Shown: positions 42,701 to 56,697, numbered from the stretch's first letter. The stretch: DNA of 64,000 bases from Cycas panzhihuaensis (GCA_023213395.1 CM041465.1:141801741-141865740), one strand, 5' to 3'. Numbers and translations are program-made. The notes: generated by a model not told the origin, from the letters alone.

Positions 42701-43169
42701 AGAGTAATTAAGATAGTGCATAAGCTAACATAAGAATAATTGATTGATATCTTCACCAAACCACTGGCACGTGATAGATTTTAGATTTTTAGGGATGGTT
42801 TAGGTATCAAAATAAATGAAATAAATATTAAAGGGGATTGTTGATAATTAATGTTTATGTTGTGCATATCTTGGGCTATAAGCCTCCCTCTTTATTATTA
42901 TATTTTAACGATTATTAATTTTTTAGAATGTGAGTTTGGTGAGTCATTAGAGGTTAAACCACCCACCTTAAATGTGTCAATCATAAGTGAATTAATATTC
43001 CTTTTAGGATTACACAAAAATACTTATTGTACATTATAAGTAGAGAGGATTTTATGAGAATGAGATGTTATTTACAACTTAGTTAAATTATTTTTTTCTA
43101 AGTAGCATTGGTCTATCCTTTATGTATAGTTTACTCTATGCTTTGGATTTCTATACTTAGAACAACAGA

Positions 43170-43335
43170 TCATCCTTGAGTCATGATATAACAGAATTTG
43201 ATCCAAAATAATGATAAGATACCTTGTTAAATAGAATGGATTCCTATTAGAGGATGTAGCTTGTTAGTCCCAAGATTTTGTTGATCACTATCTTGAGCTT
43301 TATAATCAAAGTTTTTCTCTTAAAAGAGAAGGGCA
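43170..43335 (+). pseudogene. Decayed chromodomain and PPT of another gypsy chromovirus
   Basis: RYLVK*NGFLLEDVAC*SQDFV resembles YLVKWxGxxxEDATWE; followed by gagaagggca-TG. Confidence 0.5.
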
Positions 43336-43790
43336 TGTGGTGAAGCTACCATAACAAAGCAGTTAACATATACTAAATGGCATATACTAGTATTTAAATA
43401 GTGGCAAATAAAATGCCATTATCATTAGATTTATTCTTCTAAGACATTCTCTCTTAATATATACCCTTTGAGAGTAGAATGAGCTTCTTTTTTAAATTAG
43501 AATTTCCTTTTCCCCTATAACTAATTTAAATATTCATTAGTTTATTTAATTACCTAATTCAGGGCTTGCCATCAACCTTGTCCATAGCCATAATTACTAT
43601 CCAATACCTGTTACTTTTAAGAGGGAACACAAGTTACTTTGGTAGTTATTTCAAGTTACCTTCCTTATTTTTCTAAATCTAAATTTCTCTCCAATCTACC
43701 TTAACTTTAGTGCTTAGTTAATTTACTTAACCATGTTAGTTACCTTATGTTTTTTACAAGTTTAATTTTGATCTATACCTAAATACCTCT

Positions 43791-43791
43791 T

Positions 43792-43828
<37 letters not shown>
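43791..43828. repeat. (CT)n(CA)n microsatellite
   Basis: Direct reading. Confidence 0.9.
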
Positions 43829-43832
<4 letters not shown>

Positions 43833-45386
43833 AATAAAATAACATATATGTGTGTATGTGTGTGTATAACAAAGAAATAGAATTATAATTAATAAATTGT
43901 ATTGGTACATTAATTCATCTACAACTAATAATAATTTTAAAAATGCAAATATAATGGAATTATTACTATTGAAAGACCCATCAGAACATATGGTTGGTTT
44001 ACTCAACTTTAAATAAAAGATAGAAAACTAGATATATTTGTGGTCATATGGCTTTCTATAAATGATTAAGTATCTTATATTGCATACTTACTAAAGACTT
44101 GGAAAGCTTTATTAATAGTAAGTGAATTGGCTATTTAGCTCCATGACCTTATTACGAGTCACTATTATAGGATTCTAATTTATATTCTTATAATAAGTTT
44201 GAGATTCTTCTACAACATTAAAAACATTATTTATTAAACTCCCACAGTGGACCATACTAGGATAAATAGGATGCATTTAGTTATCCCAAAATATGCCATA
44301 AGAAATAATAGTTTAAATTGAAGTTTTGGCATTCTTTCCTAATATTATAGTCTATCTATTTATCTTCCTTGGGATTGGTTATTTTATGAGGCCTATTGGA
44401 TGTAATATTCAATTACAGTCTAACCTCATTCACACTCTCATATATATTTTTTAATTTTTATATTCATGGTCACATTAACATATGCGACACTTTAGTAAGT
44501 GTGTTAGTACATAAAGTTTGACCTTGAGAGTTGTCACATGTGGTAAGATGTTCTATAAGTATGCATTTTGATTCTTTTTAATAATATGAAGGTTGGTCAT
44601 TCTTCCTAATTTATTGTACTTCATCCTTGTATATACTTCATCTCCTTTTTATCTATTTACTTATCATGTACAAATCTCATCATCTATTCTTTATCCATTA
44701 TTGGCTCAACTGTCATTGCCTTCGTCTAAAACTAATATTGTGGTATCAAATCCCAAGGTTCAATTCTTGGGTAGGATAGTTGTAAATCCATCTTTTTTAG
44801 ATTTTTAGAGTCTATTCTTTACTATCATTTACAAATTTTTTTAATGCTTTTAAGAACCATCTTGTACCTATTTTGATCTATGAAAATATCATTATTTTAA
44901 AGAGTCTTTTAAGATGTTTGAGGGTTATATTTCAATTCATTTTTAGGGATATTTTATAATGTTATAATTGCAAAGTTTAAAGGTTGTCTTACTACTATTT
45001 TCTTAATATTTTAAGGGCTATTTTATTACTAGTATTAAGTCATGATAAAGGCTATTTTAAAGTTGCCAAAAACCCATTTTTTGAAGCTGCAAAATGAGGG
45101 GATTTATATCCAAAAAGGTAGATTTAAATACACCTTTTATGACCTATAATTTTCATGCATGTTGCCCCATAATAATGTTACACACGAATGTTTCTTGAAG
45201 GCCACAAACAGAATATTTTTTAAGCAGAAAATAGAGCATATTTTAGTTGCCATATAACAACATTCTTGAATGCTAGTAGGTAGACTATAGAGTTATATCT
45301 AACATTTTAGGAATGTATAGTTTACCATCCAAAGATAAAAAATCATTCCTTATTAATGAAAAAATCATGTTTGCAAGTGGAGTTAA

Positions 45387-45388
<2 letters not shown>

Positions 45389-45425
<37 letters not shown>
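45389..45425. repeat. (TA)n microsatellite, left flank of element 45424-62168
   Basis: Direct reading. Confidence 0.95.
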
Positions 45426-45429
<4 letters not shown>

Positions 45430-46101
45430 GAATTAAATGGAGAGCAGAGTGGAGTAAGCGTAAATCAATCTATTATATAAATCACATGCAAAGACATTTG
45501 TGTTCAAGCTATTATAAGAGTATACATTAATATTCTATTGAGATGGTGGTGTTGAAGAACACCAAAGTTTAGAATCCTAAAAAATATATAGTTGTGAGGG
45601 AGGAGAGAAACCTTCTCAACCTCTAAAATTTAAACAAATATAAAATAATGCATAACTTAATATTAAAATAAACTCACTTAACTTACCATTAATATATATG
45701 CACTCATATGTTTCGAAGGTGGGAGTGGCATGAGAAATATTAACCCCAACATACTCCCCCTTAATGTTTATCACAATTGTCTTTTATTTCTCCTTAAACT
45801 TATGGTACTTGTACTTGAAAAAGACTTTGAATACTTATCCTTTAGCTTGATCATCATCCTTGATGTAGTTAACAACTTGCCTTATCATTTTTTCAACAAA
45901 GTGTATCTTTTTAATATTATGTGAATTAAATGGCTTCCAAGTAGGTGTAGCTTGATTTGAATGAGTAGAGGCAGCTTTGTCTTGATCTTTGTCTTTTACT
46001 TTAGTCAAGTCTAAGGTATATATATCATCTCACCAAATGCAATATTGGAGTCACTACTTTTATTGAAATCTACACTAGTACAAGTAACATTAGTATTTTC
46101 A

Positions 46102-46449
46102 TCAAAATATATCTACTCTAACATCTGCTTCATAGGAAAAACCATCATTAATATAATTGGTAATAGTAAATTCTAGGGTATCTCCCTCATAAATCAATTC
46201 TAAAGTATCACATATAGATTTAGTTGTGGTCATTTCACAAACATTAGAAAATACATTGTTATCTATGCTACAAAATAACAGTGCTAGGGCTTCATTATCT
46301 TTTTTCATATATTCTCTAATATTTGGTTCATATCCATTTTTTACATATTTTGAAAGATTATTTATAATAAAATATGCTTTCATTATTGTACTCAATAATT
46401 AAAAATCATTTCCGTCAAATATAAGAAATCTTATATTACTTAGATTCAT
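46102..46449 (-). pseudogene. Copia-type gag N-terminal region
   Basis: MNLSNIRFLIFDGNDF*...KKDNEALALLFCSIDNNVFSNVCEMTTTKSICDTLELIYEGD; paralogous to 38673-39320. Confidence 0.8.
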
Positions 46450-49400
46450 TGCATTTGTATAAAAGACTTTAGTGTATCATAAAAAAAATATGATTTTTAA
46501 TGAATAAATGAAAATAATAATCCTCAAATGAAAAATTAATAAATGATGTTTTAGAATAAATTTACTATTTAAAACACGAAAGTGAAAGAGGTTAATGTAT
46601 CAAGGTCATTTATGTAGATTAATTATGTGACCTTAGGATATATTATTAGCATTAGTCTCTTAATGAAATACACTTTATGTACATTTAGATGTAATTTCAG
46701 GTTCATGTTATTATGTGGGAAAATCCTAACCCTAATGCTCACCTCCAATAATAAAAGGTGAAATCTTAACAAGGCAGTCATCATTCATTCTCACCTCCAA
46801 GCTTGCTCTCATATCTTGTTTCATCTTCTTTTTCATTCTTCATTGCCATTGTGTGCATGTGAATGATTTATCTCCTAGATCCATCCTTCCTACATGTGGT
46901 ATTAGAGCTAGAAGGGGATCTATTCACTCCATTCCACTTGCATGGAGTCATTTTGCCTCTCCTTCACCTTCAATGTGAAGTATTGAGAGTGCATTCATTA
47001 TTTTTTAACATTTTGAGAGCTTAACATTATAGTATTTTACACATTGCTATTTTTTCCATGTGTTCAAAAATTTAGAGGTGAAGAATCTGAGGTGACAGTT
47101 TTTTCGATCCAGAAGCATTAAAGGCCCAAAATTTCATAAAAATTTGACCATCTCAGAATTTGATAAAATTTGGTATGAAAGGTCACCTTAACTAGAGGAT
47201 CAGTTCTATCTTCTGGAAAAATATCAGATTCATCCTAAAACAATGAGTTTTGGCTGTGACAAAAGGGTAAATTTTGTGGATAAGTGATTTAAAGCACTCT
47301 TTCTAATGAAATCCTTTAATTATAAGTTGAATATATGAAAGTTTTATTAAGGGATCCAGTATATTTATGTCTTAATATTAGTTTAAGATAAATCTCATTA
47401 AATTTCATCCATTGGTTAGTGAGATCTATGCGGTTTTCTCACAGTTACTGATTTTACCTACTAAACCCCACAAAGGACCTTACAAGGGCATTTGGGGTAA
47501 TATTTTGGTAGATTTTCCAAATGGTGTAGAAGGGAAAGTTAATGTATGTGTCAAAACGTAACTTTTGACATATTGAACTCCGGATTCTGAGACAGTTGAT
47601 CTGGCATGATTTTACTTTGGTGCTTTTTCGGGTAGAAAAGTTTAGTGCCTTTTCTGAAATATGACTTCACAACTCTATCAGAAATGATATTCTGAACACT
47701 TTTTCCTTCTGTCATAAATTTAGATTTCATCATTTAGGCCTTCATATTTGTAATTTTAAAAAATTTGCCCATTTATCATTATTTATAAATTTGTGAAAAA
47801 ATCACAAAGTAGGGAAAAATAACATGCATATAGATTTAGGAAAATCATCATTTTAGTGGCAAGTTGATCTACTTTTTAGCCTATTGTGGCTTTTATATCA
47901 AAACTTCTAAAATTATATTTGGAAACATTGTACTAAAGTAAGGGAAACCTTTGATCGGAAGCAACATTTGGTTTCCCTGCTAAATCTAGCATGCTTTTTC
48001 TATTTGCACGCATAGCATAAAGCATCACAAAAGTATCAACAATAACAAAGTATTACAAAAGCAATAACAACAACAAAGCAAGCACGAAAAGCAAGTAAGC
48101 ATATTTGACAACTTTTTATTTCAGTTTTCAGTTATACGGAAACATCTTACACTATTTCTAAAAGGAATCTTATCCATACGATCTATACCATCAGTTTTTG
48201 ACTTGTGTGCACACTCGCCTTGGTTGAAATAAATCAAGGTTGGCCGAAGTCCAGGCCCTAAGGGAATTGTGAGTTTCATATTAGGTCTGGTCTTAACTAT
48301 AATAGTGGTGGAAGGACATGTTAGCCATACCTATGGCCTCCAATCAGGGATAATCCTGATAACCACCTGGGAAAATTAAAAACCTTAATAGAAGATTAAA
48401 ATTAACCCAGTCCAATATCCATCATAGTTGTGGGATACGCAGTATCGTTTGACTTTTCAGAGAAGGTATATAGCTGCTCATTGGTGACCTGGGTGAGGAC
48501 TCTGAGTACCTGGGCTCCACTGTGACTTGGATTTCATCACCAAGCACAGGTGCGGGTATCGCGGTCAAAGGCCTTAATCGTATACTAGAAGAATTAGGCA
48601 TCGAAACCTCACCTACATTTGGACATAAGTGAGAGGTAAGTGGCATGACATATCACCACTCTTTACCAGCAATATATTAGGCCTCATCCTTGCATCATTA
48701 TTTATATTTATTTTTATAATTATTAAAAAATACTTAATCATTGCTTACTTCTCATATAATAATCATTTATATATCCCTATTGCGCTATGTGTACTAGCCA
48801 CACGTGTGAGTGGCACATACTTCTATCATCTCTTCTACTTCTTCATCATCACCATGCCATCTCAATTCAAGAAAAATGTTAACTACATATTGAAAGGTAA
48901 AGAAAATTGGGATATATGGTACACTAGAATTAAAAATGCTACAAAGTATGAAGACCTTTGGAGAGCCCACTTGCAGCCTATACCCAGTATACCAGCAATG
49001 ATAACAACAACTGCTTCTAGTGGATTTGCTCCAACAACTCCTACAGATGTTGTAATAAAACTACAATGGGAGATATATGATGAAAAGATTCGTGCAGGAA
49101 TTTTATTGGTCATTGATCACTCCTTGCACAACTTGATAAATGAAGAGGAACATGATACAGCCTGGAAGGTCCTAGAAGTTCTTAGAAAGAACTTTGATAT
49201 AAAGTCAGATTTAGAATTTGTTCATCTTGTTTTGAAAATGAACAAATTAAAAATGTAGAAGGCATGAGCTCATGAGACAATAAATCTCCTTCGACTAATC
49301 AAACATGCAATTGATAAACACTTTAAGACTCAATGCATTACTTGGGTTATTTTGATCCAGTCATGATTACATGTCCCCAATTATAAAAACTTGGTTAGAA

Positions 49401-52400
49401 GTCTTCAATTTAGTGGAACATTGAAGATACTCAACTTCGAAGCACTTGTCGAGAAGTTCATAGAATTTCATAAGACCTTTGATACAAACTTTATAGCCTC
49501 TAACTCTCTTCTAGATGCAACCTTTGAGGTAGAAGAAGAAATTTGCTACACAAAAAATCAAGCTCCCTCTCATGGCAGAGAAAATAACTGAGCAAGAGGA
49601 AGAGGAAGAAATATGGGAAATCATCACACAAGGTCAATCAAACCCTCAATCACAACCTCGATAGTTTCAAGGCCAAGGGTCACCTCAACAAAGAGCAAGA
49701 TAGTCAAGCCAAACCAATACTTCTTTAGGGACTGGTAATCAAACTATTATATGTGATCAGTGTAACCGTAAAGGACACTTAGCAAAAGATTACAGAACTG
49801 CCACTTATAAGTTGGCCAAGTTCCAACCAAAACATGGAGTTCACAATGTTGAAGAAACTTGTGAAGAATCCTTTAGTTGTGTAGGTTTTGTACAAGCATA
49901 CATTCCAATAATTGAGGGATCTTCAACATCAAATGCCATTAACCAACCAAAGAGATACTTTGAAACTTGGTATGGATATATCACTTGTGAATTCCCTTCA
50001 CCAATGCCAAGCCATATTGGAATTGCCAATAGTATGGCTTTAATCATTGGACAGTGGATCATGGACACATGAGCAACTCAACATATGATATGCAATTACT
50101 GTCTATATCAAATATTTGACTCAAATGTTTATGGAGTTGTTCACATGGATGATAAATTACAATAACCTGTTGAAGGAATTGGCAACATTCGCCTGAAACT
50201 CTTAGGCTTAGAAGATTTTACATTGCTTGATGTCTTATACATACCAAATCTCAAATAAAACCTACTCTCTTTATCCACACTTATTTCTCGTGGATTTGAT
50301 TTGAGTGTAACTGTAAATGACCAAACTCCTAAGGTCATTCACCCTCCAACTAATCAGGTGGTTTTGAATGGACATCTCTCTAGCAAGCTCTTTCGACTGA
50401 ATGGCTCTCTATCTTTTAAAGCCCATTATGCCCAAAGCCCTTGTGCCGATGAAAAATTTGTATTTAATTCCATCTTGACCCATCCAATGTTGTCACTAGA
50501 AGCTCTTTGGCATGCTCGCATGGGCCATGTTCATATTGATAGACTTAGAGATCTTTCTAACACTCTTCCAAACCTTCCAAAGTTTTCCTCTAAGCCCTTT
50601 AAATGTGAAGCTTGTATCATTGCCAAATCTCATTGACAACCCTTTTCCAAAAGTTAGTGGAAATCGAGCCATCTATTACAATTGGTATACTCTAATTTGT
50701 GCGGGTCAATGCCCATTCTTTCACTAAAGGGTAAGCTATATTACATCTCTTTCATTGATGATTTCATTAGAAAAGTATGGGTAGCTTTTCTACACAAGAA
50801 AGATAAAGCATTATGTATATTCAAGGAATTCAAAGCCCTCCCTGAAAAAGAGTCAAGTTATCAACTCAAATGTCTTTGAACTGATAATGGTGGCAAATAT
50901 ACCTCACATGAGTTTGAAAGCTACCTTCGAGACAATGGCATCAAGCATCAAACAATAATAGCAGGTACTCCATAACAAAATGATGTTGCCGAGCGCATGA
51001 ACAGGACAATCATGAACATGGCTCATGCTATGGTAATATATAAAAATGTACCTGCCTATCTATGGGCTGAAGCAATCTGGACAGTTGTTTATTGTATCAA
51101 TGTTGTTAGCCCATCAAAGGAAGTATAATAACCTAATGAAAAGTGGTCAGGACAAGCCCCCATTGTTCACTACTTTAAAATTTTTAACTCTACATGCTAT
51201 GCCCATATTCTAGATGCAGATCAAAATAAACTCCAGCCAAGGGCACTTAAAGGCATCTTTATTGGATAGCCTATGGATAAGAAAGGGTATAAGGTCTTCA
51301 TACCTTTACAACGAAAAATTATCATTACCAGAGATGTCATTTTTGTAGAGACAGAGGATCAGTTACTTAAATTAGACTCCATAGTACCCTCACACCACTA
51401 CAATAATGTTATCAAGTATGATGTTTAGATTCTAAAATTTGGGGGGGAGGTACAAACATAAATTACTCCAAATGTTGGAAGCTGACAATAGAGCCTTGGA
51501 GGATACAAGTTGCGACTTTGAACTAATGAGTGCACATCCAGCACAATCTTTTGAAGATAACAGAGTTGACAAAGGCAAAGCCATTATAGAAGAACCATCC
51601 TCTCTACCTTCAGTTGACAAAGGTAAAACAATGGCAGAAGGACAATCTTCCCATGGCACATCAACATCCTCCTCACAAAATAATCATTTTAACGAACATG
51701 ATGAGAACCAAGAAGTTAGGGAAATGAGGATATCATTCCCAACTCGACGATCTCGAGAAGCCTGCCAGCTCAATAAGGACATACAACCAGATAAGGTGGG
51801 AAAAACTAGTACTCGAAGTGCCCATAGAGTAAGGATGCAGGAATCATTATATACTAAGCTTAAACCAACAGAATTGCACCTTACTCTTAATGAAGAGATC
51901 TTAACGTACTAAGAAGCTGTAAATCATACATCTTGGAGAAACGCCATGAACGAAGAGTGTCAATCTCTTATCAAGAATGATACATGGGAGCTCGTTGATC
52001 TACCACTTGGCAGAAAGGTAGTTCAAAATAAATAGGTATTCAAAAACAAATATAGATCAGACGGTACCCTTGAGAAACACAATGCGAGGTTGGTAGCTAA
52101 AGGATTTACACAAAGGGAAGGCATCGACTACACTGAAGTCTTTGCACCCGCAACCAAGTGGCCTACAATTAGAACTCTTGTGGCCTTGGTTGCTCAACAG
52201 GGTTGGAAAATCTACCAACTAAATATTAAGACCGCGTTTCTTAATAGAGATCTTGAAGAAGAAATTTACATGGCTAAGCTAGAAGGATATGAGATCGAAG
52301 GTCAAGAGCATAAGGTTTGCAGGCTCAGAAAGTCCTTGTATGTCCTTAAATAAGCCCCTTGTGCTTAGTTTACCAAGTTGTCTGAAAGGATGAGGCAACT

Positions 52401-54066
52401 TGGATACAAGGTTTGTGACTATCAAGATATTGATGCAACGTTGTTCATCAAGTGCCATAAGGATAAAATCACTTATCTCATAATCTTTGTGGATGACATG
52501 CTAGTAACGGGTAATAGTGAACATGAAATAAGCCAGCTAAAAAAGGACCTTGGCAAAACGTTCGAATTGTCTGACCTCGGTTTGATGACATATTACTTGG
52601 GAATTGAAGTAACACAAAAGAATGAAAAAATTTTCCTCTCCCAAGAAAAATACATCAACGATCTTCTAACCAAGTTTCAGTTAGAAGATGCTTGACCAGT
52701 GATGTTACCTATGGACCCTAACACCAAAGTCTCAGCTGAAGGTGATACTAGGGAGGCAGACACAACACTCTACAGGAAACTTATAGGTAGTCTTTGTTAG
52801 AAATAATGTTTAATGTGTAATGTATGTGGGTCCTAGGATGATAAGTGATAGTCCTAAGTCTTAGGGTCAAAAGGTCATTATAATACTATGTAAAAGGATA
52901 TAAGTTTATTGGTCAAGTTTGTGGTATAATGCTATTGGTTAGGACAAAGGCATTTGTCCCACATGCATTACCTTGGATGTATAGTCTCCCACCTCTTTGG
53001 TATATAAAGGTGGTTGAGGTAATATGTAAAGACATCACATCATCAAGGCTCACCTTGAGCCCTTGGTGCTTTTGGTATGGTAATATATTCTGATTATATT
53101 GTGTGATTCTCTGGATGTTGATATTGTTCTTATGATTGAATGATCTCCATGTTAAAATCTCAACATAGTATCAGAGCGGGCCATCCTGTTGCAAGTCTGA
53201 AGATTGATAGAGGAGAAGTCCAGTGAAGAACAAAACATTCAAGCAAGGAGGTGGCTCCATTAAGATGGTGCCTAATTGAAGATCGATGCCATTGTTGATA
53301 AGAAGTGTGCCAAGGATCGATGCGAAACTGGAAGTTCACCTGGTAATGTCATTCATTTACCTTGTTATGAGGAGTAGCCATGTGTTAAGGTTTAATCTAT
53401 GAAGAAATTAGTTGACATACGAATAAATCTGAATCGTTGGCTATTGAACTCTATTTGGTGAAAGTAAAAACTATGTCCTTATAAATCTTGTTAGAGTTTG
53501 GAAATATTGGAGATTTGGTTGACAGAAATTAAAAGTTATGCAACCTTGTTTCGTCTGTCAAAAACCCTGCATGACAAGAAATTCCAGTAGAAAGAATTGT
53601 CATTAGAAAAAAGGAGAAGAAGAAGCCGACTGCAAAAAAGGAGATAATTGAAGATTTTGTTTGGGCACCAGGGTCTTATTTCTGAGCACAAGAATAAGAC
53701 AAAGAAAGCAGTCTCTGCAGACCAACTGGTTGATGATTAAGGAGAAAGAACATTGAGTCTATGTATCATAATTTCCATACAGAAAATATTCTGGTAAAAG
53801 CCTCTAGATTATGCGTTAACTACTAGTGGATTCCCCATCGCCAAGCACTTGCCTCTTCTTTAATATTTGTGGTAGAGGTTACAGGCAAATCTGGCACACT
53901 ATCCATGGCATTCTGATTGTTTACAGAATTTCCATTATTCCCGCTTCTGTGTCGCCGGGTACTAACTGCATTATCAGAGGTGGAAGGTGATCCAGCACTG
54001 GCAATAGCATTCGGCCTGACAGCTCGTTTACCGACGGACGGTCTTCAATTGATTATTGCATTCATT

Positions 54067-54314
54067 GTTTATGGAGTCTTATGATAAGCTCTTCTTCATC
54101 TGGTGAAATGTGACCTCACTTGACACTGGGGCGAAGATAATTTTTTCCAACGAAGCCTGCAACTCTTTCCACACCACTTCAGACCTGCATTCTGGGGAAG
54201 AGTGCGCCAGCGTCCTTCTCCATGAGCTTCGATAAACTTCGTCAAGAGAAGATCTTCATCTGGCGACCAAGGGCCTTCATTTACAGATCCACATAGCCTA
54301 CTTCTGCGCCCCAT
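54067..54314 (-). pseudogene. Captured R2R3-MYB transcription factor 5' fragment (R2 and part of R3), frameshifted
   Basis: MGRR...[43 protein letters not shown], +1 frameshift, then [25 protein letters not shown]. No intron at the usual AG|L site. Confidence 0.93.
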
Positions 54315-54792
54315 ATATCACATAAGAAGCCGCATAATTTCTCTTAATTTCTGGAATGAGCAGAGAAGAATATGTAGAACCCTTCCATGAGAGATGAGCA
54401 GGAGGCGTCGCAGTATGTGGACCATTTGGGACCAAATTCCCCGACACCAGTTTCACATGTGGAAGGATCATTCAATAATGACGTACGGACTGAAATGACC
54501 ATTCCTTGTGGAAGGGACAGATATCACTGCGTCAGACTTGATTTTGCCACTGAATATTACGGTGGGCGATGCAAAACAGTGCGGACAGGGACTAAATTAC
54601 CAAAGCGGACTGCCGTATGTGCGTTACCCGTTAACCAGAGTTAATTATCGAACACTTACGACCAACCCCAAAAGGCTTTCCTTTCTGTGAATTGTTTGGG
54701 ATCTTGCTGGACTGCAGTCCCACAGACTGGGCAGAGAGACCACTGACAGCAAATATGCAAAAATCTGTGCAGGACTGAGCATGGAGACAATG

Positions 54793-54848
54793 AAGACACA
54801 GTAATTGGAGCAGTGCCAAAGACTACTCTGACTACAACCGTTGAAAAA
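54793..54848 (+). pseudogene. TRX-m: ~55-bp captured C-terminal fragment of plastid thioredoxin m
   Basis: DTVIGAVPKTTLTTTVEK, compared with Trx-m C-terminus KDTxIGAVPKxTLxxxxEK. Confidence 0.75.
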
Positions 54849-55146
54849 CTCATGGTCCTGTCAAAGAGGAATGCTTGAGATCATTTCAATGACATGTTCC
54901 TGTGTTTGGGCTGTTTAGAATTGTACTGGTTGAGGGTGGTTTCATTTTGCTAGAGATAAGGCATTAAATCTGAAAATATGCTTTCAACCTAATTTGAAGG
55001 TGCAGTGCTGTGCATAAGTAGGTGGAAGAGTATTCAACTCTTGTATTGGTTAAGTAATTCTAAAGGTGAAACTTGCAAAGAGCCAGAACAGTTTCTGAGT
55101 ACATATTATCACGGATGTCTGTTATTCTTAAAGATGTAATGAGCAA

Positions 55147-55342
55147 ATGACTCGTGACGACATGAAGAATGTGACGCAGAAATATGGAACTGTCAAGTAT
55201 GTTGATTATACAATGGGAGAAGCATCTGGTTATGTCCGTTTTGAACAAGCCTGAAGGCCCTCAGAAGGCTCGCACATCAACTATACTAGCGGAAGAGGGT
55301 GGCTTGGTTGTGAAGAATTATATTGCTACACTAGGAGCTGTT
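55147..55342 (+). pseudogene. La: Captured fragment of La protein, C-terminal RRM2
   Basis: TRDDMKNVTQKYGTVKYVDYTMGEASGYVRFEQ, frameshift, PEGPQKARTSTILAEEGGLVVKNYIATLGAV; matches plant La1 REDLKxxFxKFGxVKFVDF..G..GYxRF..PE..QKARA.AVL..EGGL.VKNFIA.LEPV. Confidence 0.85.
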
Positions 55343-55752
55343 AAATCAATTTAATTTCTTTTAGTTTTTTCTTTGCAACCAGCCTTTATATTTCCAAAGC
55401 TATATAATATCACGTCTCATAACTGATTGGCTGGAAGAGTAACAGCCTTAGCAGTCTTGGCAAGGAACTCCTTTTTACAGGTATACACATGAAGTAGGAG
55501 AACATTGCACACCGTGATTCGTTGGCTCAGCAGCAACATTCATACCTTGTGATAAGGTTAACAGTAGAACCTGAGTAAACTGGCAATAAAGAGCAGAAAA
55601 GAAAGACACCTCAAATCTGAAGATAGTAGCCACGAAAATTTGAAGGAACCTGGACTGTTATAAGGATTGTTGTGCGAAGCAAAGAAGCATTTTTTCTAGC
55701 ACTCAGGTTCCAATACTTCCTTGTCGATTTGTTTCTCAAATTGAAGTAGACT

Positions 55753-56697
55753 ATGGAGTTAAGTAACATTATCACCTTTGTGCCTGAGAGAAATGAATAT
55801 TGGCTATCAGATCTTTGCTTTCCTCTACCCAAATACACTGGAACTAATTTTCGTTTTTGGAAAATCAAGATGGAAAGTCTATTTATAGTCAAGAAACTTT
55901 GGGAAACAAATATGGGGATCAAACTACCATGAAGAAGGGGAGGAAATCTTCAAAAATAAAAACAGAATTGTTATTGATGTGATACTTGCAGCTATTGATA
56001 TGGATAACCTCCCTACCTCCTATCACTTCATTATTCGTGTTCAGAGAATATGGACTCAGCTGAGGATGCTTGGAAACTATTGACAGAAGTGCATGAAAAA
56101 GGACCTGAAGAAGTACAGCAGAAAATCAAAAGAGCAAAAAACCAAAGGAAGAAGTTGAAGAGGAAAGAAAAAAGGGAAAAGCAGCGTGACAAAGCCATAA
56201 GTCTCATCAAGGAACCAGCTCTAGAGGTTGAGGATTTCAGGCATCAATCTTTGCCGATAACAGTTCGTGGAGACATGAGTTGCCTAACAAAAGGTATGGA
56301 TAATGTTATCCTAGTTTGTGTTGACAAGATGGTAGGAAGAATTCAATTGGTAACAGGTCATACAGTGATTTGCTTATATTGGAAAATATCCATGATCTCC
56401 CTCATCTCATTCTCCACTCTCATCTTTGAGGAGATCAAGATTATAACAACATATCCTAGAGCGGCACTAGAAAGTTGTTTTCAAAGGAACATAAGGAGGA
56501 TATCATGTCATCAAGCTCTTGCTTATCAAATTCATATCACTTTTTGGATAGGTTACCTGACTATGAAAGTCAATCAGATTGAAATAATGTTCCATATTTG
56601 CATATCCACATTCAAGAAGTATATGCATGTGAGTATCATGGAAATTCTCATTATACTTAGTTCATGGAACTCCTTGAGTTACATGAAGAGAACATGA
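55753..56697 (+). pseudogene. Copia-type gag N-terminal region (DUF4219/UBN2-like) followed by a Lys/Arg-rich tract and divergent tail; frameshifted
   Basis: LPKYTGTNFRFWKIKMESLFIVKKLWE, frameshift near 55920, IDVILAAIDMDNL..DSAEDAWKLLTEVH, then KIKRAKNQRKKLKRKEKREKQR. Confidence 0.75.

Noticed and set aside
54670-54775. TDWAERPLTANM resembles the DWxxRPL motif of DEDDy 3'-5' exonucleases
   Set aside because: The motif is too short and the expected YAAxD continuation is missing; left unassigned.
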